Source: Chrysomallon squamiferum | Taxonomy: Eukaryota > Animalia > Mollusca | Direction of reading: 5' to 3' | Length of the DNA stretch: 64,000 bases | NCBI GenBank assembly: GCA_012295275.1 | Contig: CM022670.1 | Span: 16,430,001 to 16,494,000 of the forward strand | Shown: positions 1 to 13,797 of the stretch, in pieces | Layout: the number at the start of each line of letters is the position of its first letter | Numbering within the stretch: position 1 is the stretch's first letter | The notes under the pieces: model-generated | The model's database searches: none | What the model was told of the DNA's origin: nothing | The model's input: the letters and a program-made list of their open reading frames with translations, nothing else | Translations under genes and position numbers: made by a program

Positions 1-2367
1 CCATTTTTCACTGCAGTCATACTTATTTAAACTGTAAGTTATGGCAATTAAAGTATAGTTTCAAATAACTGGAAACAATGTCTATATTTGACTTGGGGAA
101 AAATGGTTTAAGTGTGTGTATATATTATATAAAGTTTCAAAATGTAGCTTGATGGCTTATTATTTTTTTAAACTTGTTCCTGGTTAAAAGACAGTGCCTC
201 TGATGATGAAAAAGCAGTTCTACTTGAAAAGTTCTGTCCTGCTCTTGATGGTAAACCAAAGAATGGACAGGTCTTCCTGTTCTACCTAGAAAGCCAATGC
301 TTATTTGTGAGACAAATGAAGCTGTTGTGCTAATATTGGGTGTTCCATGACACTTTCTTTGTGGACAAAAGACTAGGGAAGTTAAAATGATTAGGTTTTA
401 GATGCTCAGACAAAAAAAAGATTGATAAAGTATTTGTAAATCTCCCTGTTTTAGTTGTGACTAACACTTTCAGCTCCTATAAACCTACTAACAGAAACCC
501 AAGTAGAAATCTGTATAGTACTACACAAGGAATATCGTCATTAAAACCTTAGGAACTAAAAGTAAGTTATAGAAAAAAGTATGTTAATCCAATGGTGTTG
601 AGACAAAGTAAAATGTTTAATCAGTTATAAGAAGAAAACATCTATACATGTACTTTCAACTTGAACTGCTAGGGCAAGATTCAGCATACCTAACATTTCT
701 GTAAAATTGATCTATGCTTTATTAATATCTTACTGTTCTTTGGCAAGTTATGTTCAAAACAAATAAGACAATTAAAAAATGAAAAGACTGGTGTTGAAAA
801 AATTGAAAAGCAGGTCAATAACAGTCTACAAGATAAATAGAGTTGGAAATTTCTTTAAAGCAAATAAAATAAAGGATCCTCATCAATCAATCTCAGACTG
901 ATGATGCCATTAACACTGCAGGTAGAAAGAATAATTTAAAAAAAAAAAAAAAAAAAAAAACAACAACAACCTGTTAGAATATTGGTGACAGTTCAAAAAA
1001 TGAGATGAATTCAGTACTATGTGGGATCAATAGTGGTAAAATGCCAAGAATTTTTGCTAAAGGAATAACTGATGAAACAAGGAAGAAAATGGTTCAACTG
1101 ATATCCAAATTCACATTCATTGGTTATATCCAAAAAGGACAAGAAAAAGAGCTGGTGTTAATGTGTTTGATTCAAGGTGGTACATAAATGTACTACTACA
1201 AAGAATGATACTATTTTTTTCTCTTAATAAGTTTTAAAACTAAGAAGACAACAATATTTATACTGATGATTGTGAAAAAGAGGTATCATCACAAAAAAAG
1301 GAGTTTTCTATTACACGTAGAAGACCTATGGAGTTGTCACCACCAGTGGTGAAGCATCACCCAACAGCAACAAAGGAGTTGTATTATGAGACAACTTTAT
1401 TAAGTGACAAAATGTCATTACACCTTTACTGAATGATCATTAAGTATTATATTAACTATTTATTTGCTATGCATGTCACTGCAAAACAATCATAAAATGT
1501 AACAAAATGATTTTTGGAATTTAAAATATAAAATATAAAAGAGAAGAGTTAAAAGATGACCGTATATTGACATTCCTTGCTTCCAAATATCATGTGTGTC
1601 ACATTCATTTATACAAGTAAATAATTTCAAAAATAATAGTATGGATTTTTTTTACATATATATCATTTATATTAAATAGGATCAATTTTCAATTGAAATT
1701 AAGTGTTTAGCAAGTAACTTTTTTTTTTTTGCTTTCAAAAAAGCTGTGAAACTATTTTTATTTAACAATTTTAAATTTATATAACTATATAATATGTTGG
1801 GGGTTTTTTTGGTTTGTTTTTGTTATTTTGTTGTAATGTGTATTATCTAGTCCTGTCACATATTTGCCATTTTAATTTTAGTCCAATTCATCATATGCCA
1901 TATATCTATTATCCTTTTCCTCAGGAACAATTTGGAAATAAATGTTTTCACCTTACTGCATTATCCTGGCTTTTAAATACATTTACATACTTCAATATTA
2001 TGATAAAATTAAAAAAATAAAATAAAAATAAAAATAAATAAAAAATAAATAAATAAAGAATGAGCTAGTGTCAGTTTGTGAAAAACAGACTAGAGACCTG
2101 GCTTAAGTTTTTCTCTCTATTCTCTCTATCTCCATTAAGTCAGTAGTCATTTAAAAATAGATTTATAAGTCTATATATAATTATATTGATAATCATAACA
2201 CTGAGTGACTGACAGTGACAAATGACATAAACTGAAGGAATTAATTTTTCTATGCAAATATTATCGGAAAACATCAAATTAGTAAAATTACTTGCTACGG
2301 TTTATAAATATATACTTAAGCTTGCTTACAGTTAAACAACATTTCAAAATTATTTCTGACAACTTAC

Positions 2368-2425
2368 TGTTTACATGCTTCTAAAAACTCAAAAATGAAA
2401 CGTGCTTCCGAACAACATGGCGTCT
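2368..2425 (-). promoter_or_regulatory. Probable TSS/non-coding first exon of a minus-strand gene extending left out of the window
   Basis: YY1-like AACATGGCG at 2414-2422; minus-strand donor ACA|GTAAGT (acttac 2362-2367 on +); sequence to the left (1-2300) is visibly CpG-poor like a methylated gene body. Confidence 0.35.
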
Positions 2426-3646
2426 GAGGCCTTACAACTTAAAAAGGAAGCCTGGTTATCAAAAACTATCTCATTTATGATTTATCGCAATCGTTAGGCA
2501 TGTTTTAATATGGTTAATATGATTGTTACAATAAATATCTTTGGGATGGTATCATTTTTTGTTGCATATTTTCGTTGTTTGTTTCTTTTCTTTCTACTCC
2601 TGTCATCTGTTCAGGTGCCCTTTCGGCTTTAACATTTTAATGTAACAATATTATGCCTCTATCAAGATAGTCTGTTGTGCAAGATAGCGCACAAAAAATT
2701 AATGCAAACAAAATGACTTTCTTACACATTATAAATAATAAAATTACATATGTAGAAATAACTGTATGTATAAAGCAGTAATTAATCTTACCGTAAATAA
2801 GGAAAATCCACTGGTTTCCGAGTACGTATAAATCGGCACGTACGAATTGTGGACAAAGCACTCATATTATTCCGCACAAAACATATAGAGACTAGCTTAT
2901 AAATTTGTTTTTAAAAACATTAAAGTATTTTTATTTGTTTTGTAATTGATAAAATGTAAAATCGTACAAAAATTTGATTCAGCCTTTTTGTAAAACAAAA
3001 TATTTCTTAATATTTCAATGCACTTAGTTGTAATAAATGTGAAGTATTATTTATAGTCTATTCCTAGTTTCATTATGCTTATCGGCGGATGTTCGCAAGG
3101 TGAGATAACTTTTGTTGTATTAGGAACGTGACTTCAGAATTTGACTAAAATATGTAATTATTATATTATAATGAATAAAAAATAAATAAATAAATAAATA
3201 ACAAAATGAAAGAGAACAGAACATAAGTGCATAAAGGATAATATTTAATATTATTATTATTATTTTAAAGAAAATCGACAAGAATTTCTGATTTTTATAT
3301 ATTTTATTATTATTATTATTATTATTTTTTTTTTTTTATAATATAAACCAATAAACCAATACACGTATAACAAAGACACGTCATTATTAAAGTGTAATGG
3401 CGTTATGTTTAATGGTTAATATGCTGAGCTGAGGTCCCAGGAACTGTTCGAGTTCGATCAAAGACATATGATACAGTCTAGAAGGGCATCAGTCCCAGGG
3501 CATCGACAAAATTAAGTCCGTAATCAAATGTACACACAAACGAAGCCCTAAATGCCTTTATGACATTCTTCTTCTTCTTTCTTATTATTATTATCATTAT
3601 TATTTAGTATTGTTTTTGTTTTTACGATATATACAGTTATTAGCAG

Positions 3647-4250
3647 TTTTTGGTTTTTTTTACATTAATTCGTGTTTTTGAACTCAGAATATTTTAATAA
3701 GACAGCGAGACAAGCAATAGCGTATTTTGGCCCAGTACTGAGGTTTGGTACCTGCGGTAATTCATGACCTGAGAAAATTCGTTAAACCACCCTGCTCGTT
3801 ATAACGAATAAAATGAGTTGAGCATAACTAACGGCGTTGTAAAGAGGTTTGACTGTCGTTTATTATTTATCGCTTTCATCAACGATCAGTGAATTTAATT
3901 ACATTTTGTTAAAAGTATCTGTGGCTTTTTTATCTTTTTTTTTTTTTTTTTGTTTGTTGTTGTTGTAAATAATACCAAAATTTCTATATATTTCAGGTTC
4001 TTTATTAATAATTTAAAGAGATAGTTTTTGCATTTGTATCTGTGTACATGTCTGTGAACTCGTGTGAGTGTAGTATATGTGTGAATACATGTACGTGTGT
4101 GTAAATGTGTATAAGTGTAGGCCTACTTGTATGAATTAGTATTTATATAATTATACGCTTGTAAAGATGTAGTTGTGTGATTTTTTTATTACTTGTCTGA
4201 ATTTTAGGAGCATGTCAGAATAATACTACTACTACTAATAATAATAAATA
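3647..4250 (+). repeat. Dispersed repeat copy 1 (~0.6 kb, SINE-like/non-autonomous element with a (TAA)n tail)
   Basis: Near-identical by eye to 29018-29623 (ttacattaattcgtgtttttgaactcagaat...gagcatgtcagaataat), same orientation. Confidence 0.85.
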
Positions 4251-4964
4251 CATATATAAATGAAGGAAGAAAAATACTGAATTTTCAGAGTTGGAGGGCG
4301 TATATTAATTTTTACAGCTGGTTATTACTTTTAAAGCAAATAGTTTAATCTAAATTATTTATGTATTTTTAAAAATAAACGTGGCTGTTTAGAAAAATGC
4401 TTTGTCTTGTTCCTTTTGGTGCAGAGACTTGCCTCTTTAAACTGCTTCTTCTGTCCATTAATTTTCATGGTAAAGAAAACTGGAACAGAGTCAGAGTCTG
4501 ATATTCTTGTTTCTTATTCAGTTTCGGTTTATTCTTTCTTCTTTTTTTTAAATTTATTTATTTTGTTTGTTTGTTGTTGCAGATATTTAACTTCCTGGTG
4601 CCTTCATTCAGAGAATGGTCATGACGTAATGAATTTCTTGTTTACGAAACTGCTCCTGTCTGCTGTTTTCTCGTTCTGGTTCTTTGGCGAGTTACTGTTG
4701 TTTAATTATGAATAGAAACAGGAAAGTATTTAATGGTAGAATTGCCAGTAGCTTTGCTTCCTCGTCCCCTGGCTTCATGAGACTGTCGGCAAGGACTTCC
4801 AGAAGCGGAAGATAAGTTCCCTCGAGGTAAGGAGCCCGACGCTGCACTTGCCTGGTGAGTGACAAGGCGAGCACCGACAGCGTCATTATTGTCCAGAAAT
4901 GTAGACATAATAGCAGTTGATGCACAGTGTTATGTGCCATGTGGCCCAGTACGTCTAACTTCAA

Positions 4965-5140
4965 CACAGGTTTCTGTTTAGATTACCTCACCCTTAGTCC
5001 ATATCTGGCTAGACTCTCCCCATTCACCAGTCCAGGATGGGCGTGCCTAGCAGAAGCCAAAACTCCTGCTGGCGTAGTTCTTTGGGTCACTGAGACACAC
5101 AAGCCCAATCACCACATCAAGGATGGGACCATGGAAGGGA
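4965..5140 (-). mobile_element. Remnant of an RTE-clade non-LTR retroelement 5' UTR (or RTE-derived SINE)
   Basis: Minus strand ccttgatgtggtg..gggcttgtgtgtctcagtgaccc.agaactacgccagcaggagttttggcttctgctagg..cccatcctggactggt follows the block order I recall for RTE/Expander-type 5' UTRs; internal 9-bp hairpin; no RT ORF follows. Confidence 0.55.
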
Positions 5141-5257
5141 ATGGTAATATAATAAATGCTAAATCTTCATTTGTATAATGAATAAATGAGAGGAAACCAG
5201 CTACCGGCATCCAATATATTTGAGTGTTTCTCTCCTTCTCTCAGAAAAAAAAAAAAA

Positions 5258-5320
<63 letters not shown>

Positions 5321-5347
5321 TAATAATCATAATAATAATAATAGTAA

Positions 5348-5378
<31 letters not shown>

Positions 5379-6791
5379 AAATAAAAAAAAAATGTTTTTT
5401 TTTTTTTTTTTTTTTATAATAAATTAAAAAATAAATAAAATGAAAATAATAATTTAAAAATATGTTAAACAAACAAAGGGGCGAAGCTCAACATATCTTA
5501 GTTTCATATTCTATTTCTTTCAACATTCGTATTCATTTCTGCTATTTTTCGTTCATTCTTAGACTGGATATAATTCATAAAATCTACAATGATAATGGCT
5601 TTCTTTGCTTATAAACATTTTTTAAGAACAAAAGTATCAATAGTTCAATTTCATTTGTGTCTAATTTGCATAGTAATGTTTCTTGATATTTAATTTATAT
5701 TATGAAAGTGCAATTTAAAACAAAACTATGCACACTATAATAAAAGTACATAGCTTACACAGAGGAGAAACAACAACACCTATTAGTATGGACATTTTAC
5801 AGTTCAGGTTATACTTGTTTCTTAAAAGTTTAATAATAATAATTTTATAGTTCAAGATATACTAATTTCTAATAACAAAAATAACAATAATAATAACAAT
5901 AACAACAACAACAATAATAATAATAATAATAACAATAATAATAATAATAATAATAATAACAATAACAATAACAATAACAATAATAATAATAATAACATTT
6001 CTAGATAACATACCTTTAATTATGTAGTGTATCATTTATATGAACAAAGCAGTTAAATTCTGAACTATTAATAAAACAGCCTAAAAGCTGGTGAAGCTTT
6101 TATTTTGATAAAAAAAAAAAAAATACCATCTTTCAGAAATGTTTTATTTTTTTTTTTTTTAAATATATTCCAGTAGGAAGAAGTAATTTTTGTGTGTGTT
6201 AAGCTGCACAGTAACGTTTCCTTGTAAATGCTATCGACAGTTATGTTCATTTAGACACCAAAATCTGATTCGTTAATTTAAAGAATCATTTAATATCAGG
6301 ACATTCAATACTGTCATTGCCTAATCTTTTTCTATTTCTTGACAGCTGTCAAAACATGGAACAGCACAAAGTCCGCATAAAATCGGAAATCTGTATTTAT
6401 TTCTATTTCGATCGACATTTTTCTTTTCAAGGTTTGTGAACAGATTCAGATTATTTATCTGTTATATATATTTTTTTTACCACTCTTATAAATATAAATA
6501 TTTATATATTTTGACAAACTGGCGCTTCGCTTTAAACAATATTGTATACAATTATTTCAAAAATAATAAATAAATAAGTAAGTAAAAATAAAAAATTTAA
6601 TGTCTTGATTCATTTCTGTAAAGCAAACCATTTGTTTTCCTATTTTAATACTCCAGCTGGCAACGCAAGTTAATTTATATCAGAGCCGAAGTATTTTAAA
6701 ATGAAATAAAAGGTTATACGAGTATAATGTCAACATTCCTCATGGTAAGGACGTTATTCAATTCATCTGATACTTTTGGAACACGTGGCAA

Positions 6792-7625
6792 TTATTGAAT
6801 TTGTTCATTTGATTCTATCTCTGTTGGTAAATAATTTTCGTTTAGTTCATTTGGTTCCTCGAAAATAATAGAAATCTTATCACTTTCTTCTTCCTGAATA
6901 TTAAAAAATGTAACATGTAGATCATTTGATCTCTTCCTCTTCGAACCAAACTCTGTTTTTGTCTTATCATCAGTGCGGTCCATCCTTTCATCAGTGTCAT
7001 CTATCTTTTCATTACCGTCACTTGCCATTTCACCACTGTCGTAGGTCTCAGTAACTCTGTCACACTGACCTGTGTTTCCACAAACCGTCTCACTAGTAAC
7101 ACCATTATCGTCCATAAAAGGCAGTTTTTCTGCTAAAATAGCTAGGCCTATTTTCCTCACACGTCTTGGTTGTGGTTCAGATACCGAATCTGAAGGACAC
7201 ACCGTGTCGTTGTCGCTGTCGTTGTCAGTGCCCGGTGTGCAGTGATCAAGAAACAAGTGGGCTTGGTACACTCTCGACTGTCTGCGGGTTTTTTCGCAAA
7301 CGCCGTAATGGCTCATGACGGAGTCTGCCAAGAGCTGTGAACGAAGTCTCAGCACGTCGTCTCTGATCCCCTCCTGTCTCATTTGCTCCGTGTGTTTAAG
7401 ATACTTGTGAATCTGACTCTCCTCTTCTTTAGTGTGTTCGCGTCTGTTTATGTGACCGGCAATAAAGGCAACAATGCTCAAACCATAGACGCACACAGTA
7501 GCTACCGTGAACAACATGGCGCCACGATAATCGTAAAGTTTAAAACTCTTCTTACTTTCTAAAGTGATATTTACCGACGAATTTCGAAACTGATAGGTGA
7601 CATTTTGAACTAGGATATTTTCCAT
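6792..7625 (-). CDS. Single-exon single-pass membrane protein (277 aa from ATG 7625), KCNE-like architecture; paralog of 13798-14532
   Basis: Long ORF in AT-rich DNA; no signal peptide; N-terminal sequons NVT/NSS/NIT; YDYRGAMLFTVATVCVYGLSIVAFIAG hydrophobic segment, then basic juxtamembrane stretch, QIHKYL helix and acidic tail. Confidence 0.85.
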   Translation of the reverse strand: MENILVQNVTYQFRNSSVNITLESKKSFKLYDYRGAMLFTVATVCVYGLSIVAFIAGHINRREHTKEEESQIHKYLKHTEQMRQEGIRDDVLRLRSQLLADSVMSHYGVCEKTRRQSRVYQAHLFLDHCTPGTDNDSDNDTVCPSDSVSEPQPRRVRKIGLAILAEKLPFMDDNGVTSETVCGNTGQCDRVTETYDSGEMASDGNEKIDDTDERMDRTDDKTKTEFGSKRKRSNDLHVTFFNIQEEESDKISIIFEEPNELNENYLPTEIESNEQIQ

Positions 7626-10055
7626 CGCCAAAAGCAGCAGTATCGGAATGTCAGATTAATGCTTTTATCGACAGCTGTTTAGTGTGTACTAGGGTTTGAA
7701 AAAGAATGAAATATGATAAGCCCGCCTGTCACTATTAAAAAAAAAAAAAAAAAAAAAAATGTCACTGATTTACAATATTCTGTCATTTACATATGCGGCA
7801 AGCACCACTAAAAAGACTTCGTAAACACCAGCTGTCGGTGAATTGAAAATCCTTTCTATCCAATATATAATATTCGCCAAGTAAGGGAAATAAAGTAATT
7901 CGTTTTCAAAGCAGATTCAATCATGCAGCACGAAGCTGTGGGTCTGTTGTTATTCCTAAGAAATAGTTACGATTTGTATGCCAGCTCATGTATTGTCGGA
8001 TACACGGACGGAATGGTGTATAACATTTGTATTTATCTGAAGAATTTATTTATTTTTTTATTGTACAACGGTAAATAATATATTTTTAGTACAAGCTTTT
8101 AATTTGAACATGATATTTAAGGAGCTTTTATTTTTCATATTTTGTTAAACAATCTACACGTTAAATTTTAACTAATACTTTCTCTGGAAACTTCTTAAGA
8201 CTTTTTGTAAAAATGTACTCCATTGATCCAGCAGCCATAATCGACGTTGTACTGAATGGTATGAATAGCATATTGTCATAAAATAATGATATTTTATACA
8301 TAGATATATTTGTACTAAACGCTTACCGAGTTTTTATATTATTATTATTATTATTTTTTTTTTTATAACATATACGTTAAAATAAAACGTTAAAAATGAA
8401 CATAAAGTAATACAATCCACTGTCAACATTTATTTAAAAAAAAAAGTCTTTCCAGTTTTTGGATCAGTCCTCTTTCTTTGGAATTATTGTCCGATGGGTG
8501 AAATGTTCTTTCAGAGGTGGTTTTAAATTCTACTACGACCTGAGGAAAATACTCAATTCTGATTGGCTAGTCAGTGAATTACATCAACTACAACTGATAT
8601 TTATATCCTACCTCACATTAAATGAGGCCGGTTTACTTGCGTATGAATATCATTCATTTGTTTTACAGAACGATGCAGAATTCTATCCACTTGGTGTCGA
8701 GGTTGGTATTTCACTAGCGTTTTAATTTCACATGTACCATTTTTATACTGATTAAATTAATTTTCATTAAACTAGTGTTTCGGATGTGAAAATGTTAGTT
8801 ATTTATTCGTTCCATTTTAAGTTTCAACATATTATTATCAGTGCTAATTAACCAAGTTCTCATCTAAGATGGTTCGCAGGTGTCAGTTTCGTAAGGACAA
8901 TTAACAAATGTCTTATCTCAAGTGGTTTTGGGGAGAAGGGCTTACAGTAACTTATGTAATTGCATTAAATTGTTTTCTTTTTATTTAAAATACTCATAAA
9001 TGTAATTTATTTAGTGTCGTTTATATATTTATGAAATTTAGGAATTATACATTCTGCAGTCGTACATATTCATTTACTACTAGCTGATGTTGGTAACTGA
9101 AGATTATTGCCTTCTCCTATTCCGTTTTCGAGTCATGATCGTGGATTGAACACTGCTGAATGGCATTTAAAGACGAAAGCATAATAGGTTCATCTCCTAA
9201 ATGACGCCATGTCATACAAAAAGCCGGAATCGGATTCCTGTTGTTTTCGTGTACGAAATGAATTATCTATGAGATTTTGATTTCACAGGATTTCTGAATT
9301 CTTCGTCTGTGCCTGAGAAGGGAAGTAATTCTACATGAACAATGCGTCCTTTTAATAACAGTGGGTAAATATAGCCTTGAAAAATCCAGTGCAGAATATC
9401 GTTTCGCTTTATTCGCTGGTTCTCATTTTGTGAAAATGCAACTCAAATTATATCAGTACATAGTCCTTACTAAAACTATTTTATGTCGCAGCAGATCCAA
9501 AACTTTAAATTATATATTTTTATTTTATTTTTTAAATAAAAATACGAAAACTTAAGGCGTGTTTATTTTTGTTTTAAATATTATAATTTCTAGAGTTACA
9601 CGACTTCTTTATGTTACATTAAGTGATAAATGTTATTGTTTAAACTGTTCTCTATTTGCTGAAACTTGTGTACACAGAGATAATTTGACCGCTTAATTCG
9701 TACATTTCCAAAACAGATTACAGATATCACAACAATTATAATGCCTGTAGTTAAATTTAAATTTATTTTATTATTAAACACTTCATTGTACACCATCTTT
9801 GAAAACAATCTATACTATTACCGGCAGCCAATAAATTCAACCTAGCGTAAGTGATGAGTGAATTCTTTTGTTATCTTTTTACCCACACTGTAATTAAAAT
9901 ACAGTTTGAAGCTGATGAAGAATTACGAAAAAAGTTAAGTCATCAAGACGTAGAATGCTATTTCTTGTAGTTAGTTTATCTTCTCCGAAACTGTTTTAAC
10001 ACTTTAGGTTTAAGAATAAGAAACAATACTTGAGAACAACAAAAACATTTATTTC

Positions 10056-11775
10056 CTATTCGAGAAGACTGTCATATTCCCCACCACCGTCCGTTTCTGT
10101 TCCTGTTTTACTTCGTCTGTCTCGACACACGAGTACAAAAGCCACAATGAGAGTAGACAGCATACCAACAGCCATGAGTACACCCAGACCCAGTGGCCAT
10201 GCTGACTGTATCATCAGAGCGTAATTATTGAACAGTCGGGGCCATCTTTGGTATTTTCTTTTCAGAGTATTAGTGTTTGGTAAGATTTCAGCAGGCGGCA
10301 GGCCGCTTGACGTCGTTTTCTCGATATCCAGATTCACGACATCGTCTTTTTCGTGAGGATTTAGGCAGTCTGTACATGCATGATCAACTGGTGACGATTC
10401 CGAAGTCGTCAGGTAGCCGCTGTTCTGGTTCGTATTAATGATAAATTCAGACAAAGGAATGCCTAAATCTGCTGTTAGGATTACCTTTATAGGGTCTGAA
10501 GAAGACTGGAAAATTTGCCGATCATTTCGACGTTTGTTATTGACACTACACGAATCTCCGTTACAGCTGATGTCACATAAAATGAACTTACACTGAAAGC
10601 TTACAGTAGGATCTTTTGAAAACGATCTCATTTTAAAAATCGGGCTAACGGAGATTAGACCGTTTGACGTGAAGCCTTGGTCTTTATCAATCACTAAGCC
10701 ATCCCCGCAGCCTGCTTTCAGTATGGATAGCTTTTCACTAGAATTAAGTCCAACAAGGTCACAAGCTACAGGCCTGATTCCAGATTCACCTCCTTCTCCA
10801 TTACTTTGAATCTGTAAGAGAACATCTTGTCCAATGTGGACGTTACCAGACAGCATCTCGCCGTCGAGAACATGCAACAGTCTAACACTGACAGTGGAAG
10901 TCGACTTCATGGAGTTGTTGGCCTTAATATCTTCTGTTATAGGTTCAACAAAACCTTTTCTCGACATCTCCGTGTTATCTGGTGTGCAGGTCACCTAAAA
11001 GTTTAAAACAGCCAGTTATAAATATGCAGATACCTTAAGTAATATGTTATCTTGTCAGTATGAATGAAGGAATGATTTTATCAAACACCCCCCCCATACA
11101 CACGTACGTACATCCTCCCGTACGCACTCACACACACACACACACACGTATAATATACGTTTGATCCTTGATTCAGGAGGTTTATTTGTATAAACGAATA
11201 AAAAATAACGAAAACACACAATATCCATTTAATAGTGACAATATCTGTTTTGAGGCAAGAATATTACATAATATACATTTTGGAAAAACGATTATATTTC
11301 CTAACAACATATTGTTCATATAAATAACAGAAATGTTTACAGAATACATTTCCAAAACTGAACTCATTATTTACAATATGATACAAAATATTTTGGATAC
11401 CTGGTATATTTTTTTTATGGCGTCTACTTCGCTCTCTCGATCTCCCCAAGAAATGACAATTTGAACCCTATACCTTCCTGCTGAGTTTTTCACAAACACA
11501 CATCTTCCAGCAGTTTCGCCGGAATAAAAAATCGCTAGATAGTAATCAAAGCTATTGTTGGTTTTAAAAGCAACTTTCTGATTTGACAGACATACGGCTT
11601 TAGCCAAGACTGAGACATCAGTCTTGATTTCAAGCCATGCGTTCTGCAATCTGAAGTTGCCACAGTGAGGAATCACATCCAAAACGCGTTCAGATGGTCC
11701 ATAGAACCTGTAGCTGGACGTCATCGCAATGGCTACTACAAGATGGGCAATGCCCAGCAAAATGATGTACGCCAT
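10056..11775 (-). CDS. Vitelline envelope zona pellucida domain protein (VEZP/VERL-like), 2 exons: 11775-11401 and 10994-10056, ~437 aa
   Basis: Signal peptide MAYIILLGIAHLVVAIA; phase-0 intron CAG|gtatcc...ttttag|GTG; 4-Cys ZP-N, ZP-C motif GIRPVACD..ILKAGCGDG..GF..SP.F..FQCKFILC..C.GDSC, basic cleavage site KRR, C-terminal TM helix and short tail. Confidence 0.9.
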
Positions 11776-11965
11776 TGTGTTATTTTACTCCAAACCCTTT
11801 CCACCTGTCAGAGGCGAATGAGACACTAAACTTTGAAAGGTACAAATTTAGTTTTCACGGGTTTCGAACATTTCATTAACGTTCAGGGTGGACAAGTTCA
11901 CGTAACCATGACAATCAGCAGTTAGATACATTCTATTATTAATACTGTCACAATTATTATTTTTC

Positions 11966-12002
<37 letters not shown>

Positions 12003-12221
12003 TGTAAGAATATATAGTCATCTAAAATATATGTATTTATTTATATTTCAAATGTGTAAGAAACAGCCATATTTACACCTATAAAATAATGGAGCAGTCT
12101 CGTAAGACATTTTCACGTGGAGAAAATGCTTGTCAAATAGTTCAAACAATGATTGTGATATAACGATATAAGCAAAGCAGAAATCTTATTATAAAATCAA
12201 ATAATTCAAAAATAAAAATAA

Positions 12222-12259
<38 letters not shown>

Positions 12260-12281
12260 ATACATTCCATTCAAAGGAAGC

Positions 12282-12326
<45 letters not shown>

Positions 12327-12487
12327 ATTTAGTTCAGTCAAACAATAATTAAAAACATTAATGCATATTAGGGTTTCATTTTAGTTATGCATTTTTGCCA
12401 GCGTTTCCTATATAACATGATGTTTGTAACACCGCCTTAAGTATCTCAAAATAAATATGTAACATAAACCTGATAATGTAATCAGAT

Positions 12488-12493
<6 letters not shown>

Positions 12494-12582
<89 letters not shown>
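12494..12582. repeat. Compound microsatellite (CT)n(GT)n, representative of many (CA)n, (GA)n, (TAA)n, (TAAA)n and poly-A tracts
   Basis: Seen directly; similar tracts near 24640, 27420, 38050, 46073. Confidence 0.95.
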
Positions 12583-12585
<3 letters not shown>

Positions 12586-13752
12586 TGCTTACTGAAAGTC
12601 AGATACCATCAAACCAATAAGAAAAACAAAACCTACAGTTCAGTTCTAAAAGAGTAAAACGAATAAATAAATGATACTGAAAATGCTAAAAATATCTGAC
12701 ATTCAGAATTCAGCTATATATATATATATATATATAGACACGCACACAAAAATACATACATACTGCTTAGCAACAAACTTCCTAGTGTGTTATCAATAAA
12801 TAGAGTTGATATATAGGGTTGATTTCCTAACAAATAAACCGGGTTCTCTCACACCGATTTAGATGAATTTCTCACGAACTAGCAGAACGGTCAGTTGGTC
12901 CGAGCACAGTTTCGACATGGCACAAACCCAGGGCCGAGTTCCTGTTTTGTTAACTGACAAAGCAAACAACAAGCCACGTTACGTAAAACAGAACTTTAAT
13001 TCATCGAATTCACTGTTTGATCATGTTAATGATTTCAGAGTCTTTAAATCAGACTTCATGTGATACAAAGGCAGTCCTTTTAGTTCATTATACCAATATA
13101 CGCTGGTTAGACAAAACATTTAATTCTTTAAAATATGTATTTATAATTTACGAAAGATATTTGTGGATTGAAGTTACGAGAATACAATTATATTTGTATA
13201 AACGACACGAGGGTGGCATTACAATAAAGAACACAATGGTGTACTGTTATTAAAGGTAAATATATTGTAGATACTTTATTATTAAGGCTGAAAGATCAGA
13301 GTTGTGTGAATGGACATGAACTCAAGCGAAACGTTGTGTGTATATTTCGGCAATGAACTTACCTAATGTATATCCGAACAGTCGGAACAAATCGGTATCG
13401 CAATTTATAACCAAAAAATGTACAGAATGTAACGAGATTCTGCAACGACACGTCTGTGTCCATTAACGACTGTTAATGGCTGCCTGTGTGATCAAACATC
13501 ATGGCTAACTGCTGCTCGCCGGCGCAGTTCTTCTTCGGGTTTGGATCTTCTCTAGATGAACGTGATTTCAGCGATATCTCGAGCGTAGTTGTTTGTTTGT
13601 TTGAAGAGAATGATCGACTGTGTTCGGCAGAAAGACCTCCTTGTTTCAAACAATAATTTCTTGAGTAATTCACTGAAGACACACAGAGTTCAGTGTCGCA
13701 GACGAAGCTCAGCGACTGATAAAGAAATTGTTAATTGGTCAGTATTTTCCTG

Positions 13753-13783
<31 letters not shown>

Positions 13784-13797
13784 TCCAGTCCACCAAG

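Noticed and set aside
180-1450. Coding-like degenerate stretch including the 60-aa ORF at 1005-1187, possibly a decayed transposase
   Set aside because: No recognisable motif or continuous frame, so no family call is supportable
3395-3465. tRNA-like A/B box spacing (tggcgttatg...gagttcgatc)
   Set aside because: No cloverleaf; at most a decayed SINE head
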